A stretch of 62,440 bases of DNA from Burkholderiales bacterium (GTDB taxonomy: Bacteria > Pseudomonadota > Gammaproteobacteria > Burkholderiales > Burkholderiaceae_C), in NCBI GenBank assembly GCA_038207685.1, contig JBBQZM010000001.1:1-62440 (forward strand), written 5' to 3'. The notes beneath the pieces were generated by a model. That model worked only from the letters and a program-made list of their open reading frames with translations, made no database searches and was not told the origin of the DNA. Position numbers and translations under genes: made by a program. Numbering within the stretch: position 1 is the stretch's first letter; the number at the start of each line of letters is the position of its first letter. Positions 60,301 through 62,440 of the stretch are shown one piece after another.

Positions 60301-62440
60301 CGATGACAACGACCTGGGGCCACTCGCCGTCCACCGCGCTGGGCCGGCGTTCGCCGGCTTTCATCGGTGCGTCGCCCGGCGGCATCAGTTTGAGCAACTG
60401 CCCTATCAGCAGCAGCCGCAGCACCAGCAGCGCCAGCCCGGCCAGATCGGCCCAGGCGGTCACTTGATCGCGCTGCCCCGTTACCTGCAGCAAGGCCTGG
60501 CGGCGGCGGGCGAAATAGGCCAGATCGCTGGTGAGCTGGCCCAGTTCGCGCGTCTGCTCGCCACGCTGCCAGACCAATTGCAGGCTGCTGAACTGGCGCC
60601 AGGGGCTGCGCTGCTTGGAGAAGCCGATCGACTTGGTGCCGATTAGGCTGTCGCCCGCGGCCAAGCCAAAGTGCGGGCCCTGCCAGGGCTCGGCTAGCTC
60701 CAAAACGTAGACCAGTTGGCGGTGGCACAACATGGCCTGGTCGAGGAAGCTGGCGATCGCCGTACTGGCCGGATTTGCTGCCTGAGCGCCGGCTGTCATG
60801 GCTTGCAGCAAGGTGCTGGCGGGTGTTGCGGCCAGCAGCGCCTTGAGCAGCGCGTTGCGCGTATCGTCCTGCAGCGCATCGTCCTCGGGTGCCGGCTGCA
60901 GCAGCAGCAAATGGCCTTTCACGACCAGTGTGGCCAGTGGCTCCCTTGGCTGCGGGGCCAGCGCCGTGTCGTCATCGACAGGCGCGTACAGCCGCAAGTT
61001 GGCGCGTTGTATCGGCAGTTGACGCGAGGCCTGCCGCAGCAGAGCCGCGAGATCCGCTATCTCGACGAAGCCGATCTCAAGCTCGGCGTCGACCACGCCT
61101 TCGGGCAATTGCAGACTGCCGCACAACTGCTCTTGGATGCAGATGCGGGTGGCCGCAGGCTCGACCTGGCGCCTGGGCAGCCAGGCCAACGCTGCTGCGT
61201 CAGAGCGTGGTTCTGCCGCTGGTGTGCAGGTAGCGGGAGCGGTAGCGGTCTTGGCATCCAGCCCGGCACCGGGATCGGCATCAGCCAGCCTGAGTCCCCA
61301 ATGCTGGGCCAGGCCCGGCACGGCCTGCTCGGCCAGCGCGGCGATGGTCAGTGCTGGGTTGATCGCCAGCGCGCGTGGCACGATGGCGCCGTCGAGCACT
61401 GCCAGGCCGGGCAGCAGTACACGGTCGCGGTCGCGGGCGAATACCGCGCCATGGCGGTTGACGACGCCCTGCGCCACGTTGTCGGCCATCGCGCAGCCGC
61501 CCAGCGGGTGCACCGTGAGTGCCATGCCACGCAGCCCGCCCAGCGCATTGCCGATCAGCCCGGGCAGCGGCTGCCAGCTCGGGTTGGGTACCACCACGCC
61601 GCCGAGCTCTTTGTTGTGCCGGCAGGCCGACTTCAGCCACTCGGTCTGTTGTTCGAACAGGCGCCAGAGTCGCTCATCTTTGGCATTCCAGACGATGCGT
61701 GCCGCACCGTCACTCGGCAGCTTTGCGGCCGCGGCCGGCGTCGCCAGCTCGATGCGGCCGGCCGCTCCGTCGTCGCCCATCAGGCCGTAGATCGAGGTGT
61801 AGCGCAGGCTGGCCGTGGTTACGGCCAGGTCATCCTGCTTCTCGCGCTCGCTGTCGGCCGGGTGGGGTTCGCGGAACTCGAACAGGCCTTGCAGCGTGCC
61901 GAAGGTGGTGGTCACCTCGCCCAGCAGCCGGCCCAGCGCTGCCGGGATCGCGAACTCCTGCACCGCAATGACACCCGCGCCCTTGGGCAAGGGCGCACGC
62001 ACCAGGCCGCTGACGGTCGGGCCGACGCGGCGCTTAAGCGGATCGCCTGGATCGCTGTCTTCGTCGGCACAGGCGTTGACTTCATTGCGCTGGCGGTAGC
62101 CGGCAACGATCAGGTCGCCATTGGTCGAGAAGCGTCGGCCCAGTTGCGCCGAGAACAACTCACCATTGGGATCGGAGCGCAGCAGGATCTCGGTCGAGCC
62201 CAGGCTGCCAGCGGCCAGCAGCACGCGGCGGGCGCGTAGCGGCGGCATTTGCACGATATGTTGACGGGCTTCGGGCGCGGTGTAGTGCCAGTCGACGATC
62301 CAGTGCGAGTCTGTTTTGTCGCGTTGCAGCCGTTCAACCCAGCCGCCGCTGAACAGCTCAACGCCGCGCTGCTGCGCCCAGGCCAGGTAGTTGGTGTCGA
62401 GCGTGTTCTTGGCGCCCTGGTTGCAGCCGGTGATGCAGTC
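57371..62440 (-). CDS. Giant fusion protein (at least 1,689 aa, 5' end outside window): GMC oxidoreductase + alpha/beta hydrolase + PhoD phosphatase
   Basis: Frame open to the edge (DCITGCNQGAKNTLDTNYL); LAAG.LG.TEIL, TVHPLGG, NPALTI; HGL, VAHCMGS, YGHQD; GSCQ, GDQVY, DDHEIAND, GDEH. Confidence 0.88.
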   Translation of the reverse strand, partial: DCITGCNQGAKNTLDTNYLAWAQQRGVELFSGGWVERLQRDKTDSHWIVDWHYTAPEARQHIVQMPPLRARRVLLAAGSLGSTEILLRSDPNGELFSAQLGRRFSTNGDLIVAGYRQRNEVNACADEDSDPGDPLKRRVGPTVSGLVRAPLPKGAGVIAVQEFAIPAALGRLLGEVTTTFGTLQGLFEFREPHPADSEREKQDDLAVTTASLRYTSIYGLMGDDGAAGRIELATPAAAAKLPSDGAARIVWNAKDERLWRLFEQQTEWLKSACRHNKELGGVVVPNPSWQPLPGLIGNALGGLRGMALTVHPLGGCAMADNVAQGVVNRHGAVFARDRDRVLLPGLAVLDGAIVPRALAINPALTIAALAEQAVPGLAQHWGLRLADADPGAGLDAKTATAPATCTPAAEPRSDAAALAWLPRRQVEPAATRICIQEQLCGSLQLPEGVVDAELEIGFVEIADLAALLRQASRQLPIQRANLRLYAPVDDDTALAPQPREPLATLVVKGHLLLLQPAPEDDALQDDTRNALLKALLAATPASTLLQAMTAGAQAANPASTAIASFLDQAMLCHRQLVYVLELAEPWQGPHFGLAAGDSLIGTKSIGFSKQRSPWRQFSSLQLVWQRGEQTRELGQLTSDLAYFARRRQALLQVTGQRDQVTAWADLAGLALLVLRLLLIGQLLKLMPPGDAPMKAGERRPSAVDGEWPQVVVIDEDCRLSRYLPQQPAAAARPLLLIHGLSASGSTFSHPSIPVNLVSFMLAQGREVWLLDLRTSAANEHRPGPFSLEETALGDIPRAIDRVLEHSDQQKVDVVAHCMGSAMFCMALLGHATLHRSIGHAVLSAVGPLLRMSPLNQLRGFVASLTEQFLSTTEFDVRPEYAAQPVKGVWQKAQGGVGIRLLDAVLALLPYPQTDREAARAGALDDDSGRSQRDFRLVRHRADAIVGHSFELDNLADETLLALDALFGWVKTRTLAQTQHLARQGVLTDADGQNTCVHDSGLRQRFAFPVLLLHGKKNQIFDWQGGHDSYRLLKRVFNEAAGIACVQQGDLHWGGDSPRQLHVLQRYGHQDVLIGQHAHFDVFPVIERFLSTSEHNESRLGEPRTRYFCEQPWIGPGLGWLRMLAVAPGQPPLIEASLQLHPGPRNVETLCVVLAPAEWRKQAGSASGWRVLVDQARGWRIDTADALTQRERLSRGVLTLQLRRDLLPAAAAYLVLTLHCDALAPQSDLAFAGPAQAGGELALQGGYPLAPDALLAVSRQLEGRRSRSIARCLLHLRASSLAGCDVAALAAPPDPPGSREAPEAPETPVPPVPPVPPAGPQPLRFAVGSCQFPQGLFDQPVAGASYRVMLDRLISQPDQAPAFLLLIGDQVYLDAASVAVGLGHRAARQVARQGYELAWRLPAFRALHARLPVYTLLDDHEIANDWQPPDPPSQLSGDDHARLDAYNCHQAALNPPPLGLCASCSYVFAPAGQPIFVLDSRSQRELRRIDAARSWRRAAIVAEADMVALLAWLDQHAAAPFKFIVSASIVLPLPVGFDAQVPQLTVDSWAGYPASLIRLLDHIQRRRIHGVVFIGGDEHLSLAGRLRLDNGVVLHMVVASGLHAPFPFANGRPEQLLCNGRLCISDGKTTIQGQMHTDLTEQRANHLLLSALPASASAPPQLQVEIVTTDGKVRDQVYVLSGEGQPEADA

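Noticed and set aside
62254-62440. Possible frameshift or true start of the giant gene at 62254
   Set aside because: Manual translation shows the same frame stays open, with a GMC motif, to the window edge

Overview
High-GC bacterial chromosomal segment. Gene content and order (lptD-surA-rsmA, RNase/barstar-maeB, thiL-pgpA-cinA, holA-lptE-leuS-exbBD-dapB-bamE-fur, hpf-ptsN-hprK, glnE-yhdP-nit) point to a Burkholderiales betaproteobacterium, probably Rubrivivax/Ideonella-like (inference). About 57 CDSs are supported; I saw no tRNA, rRNA, CRISPR array, transposase or integrase. Bases 1-27,600 are mostly conserved housekeeping and envelope genes. The more interesting parts are: (i) a minus-strand ORF of at least 1,689 aa running off the right edge that fuses a cholesterol-oxidase-like GMC oxidoreductase, a Cys-nucleophile alpha/beta hydrolase and a PhoD metallophosphatase with intact motifs, followed by a 150-aa hypothetical; (ii) a furan-fatty-acid-like (UfaD/UfaO/UfaM-type) lipid-modification operon, with a coupled unannotated leader ORF, a palindromic operator, an upstream exported glutathione peroxidase with a candidate RpoE/ChrR-type promoter, and a divergent diiron protein; (iii) an excisionase-HTH/receiver fusion followed by a 13-bp tandem repeat and a frameshifted receiver gene; (iv) an accessory patch with an orphan MSHA-like pilin, a 5'-truncated class A acid phosphatase and a Met/Gly-rich Spy plus two-component module. 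All family assignments come from motif recognition by eye, with no database searches.
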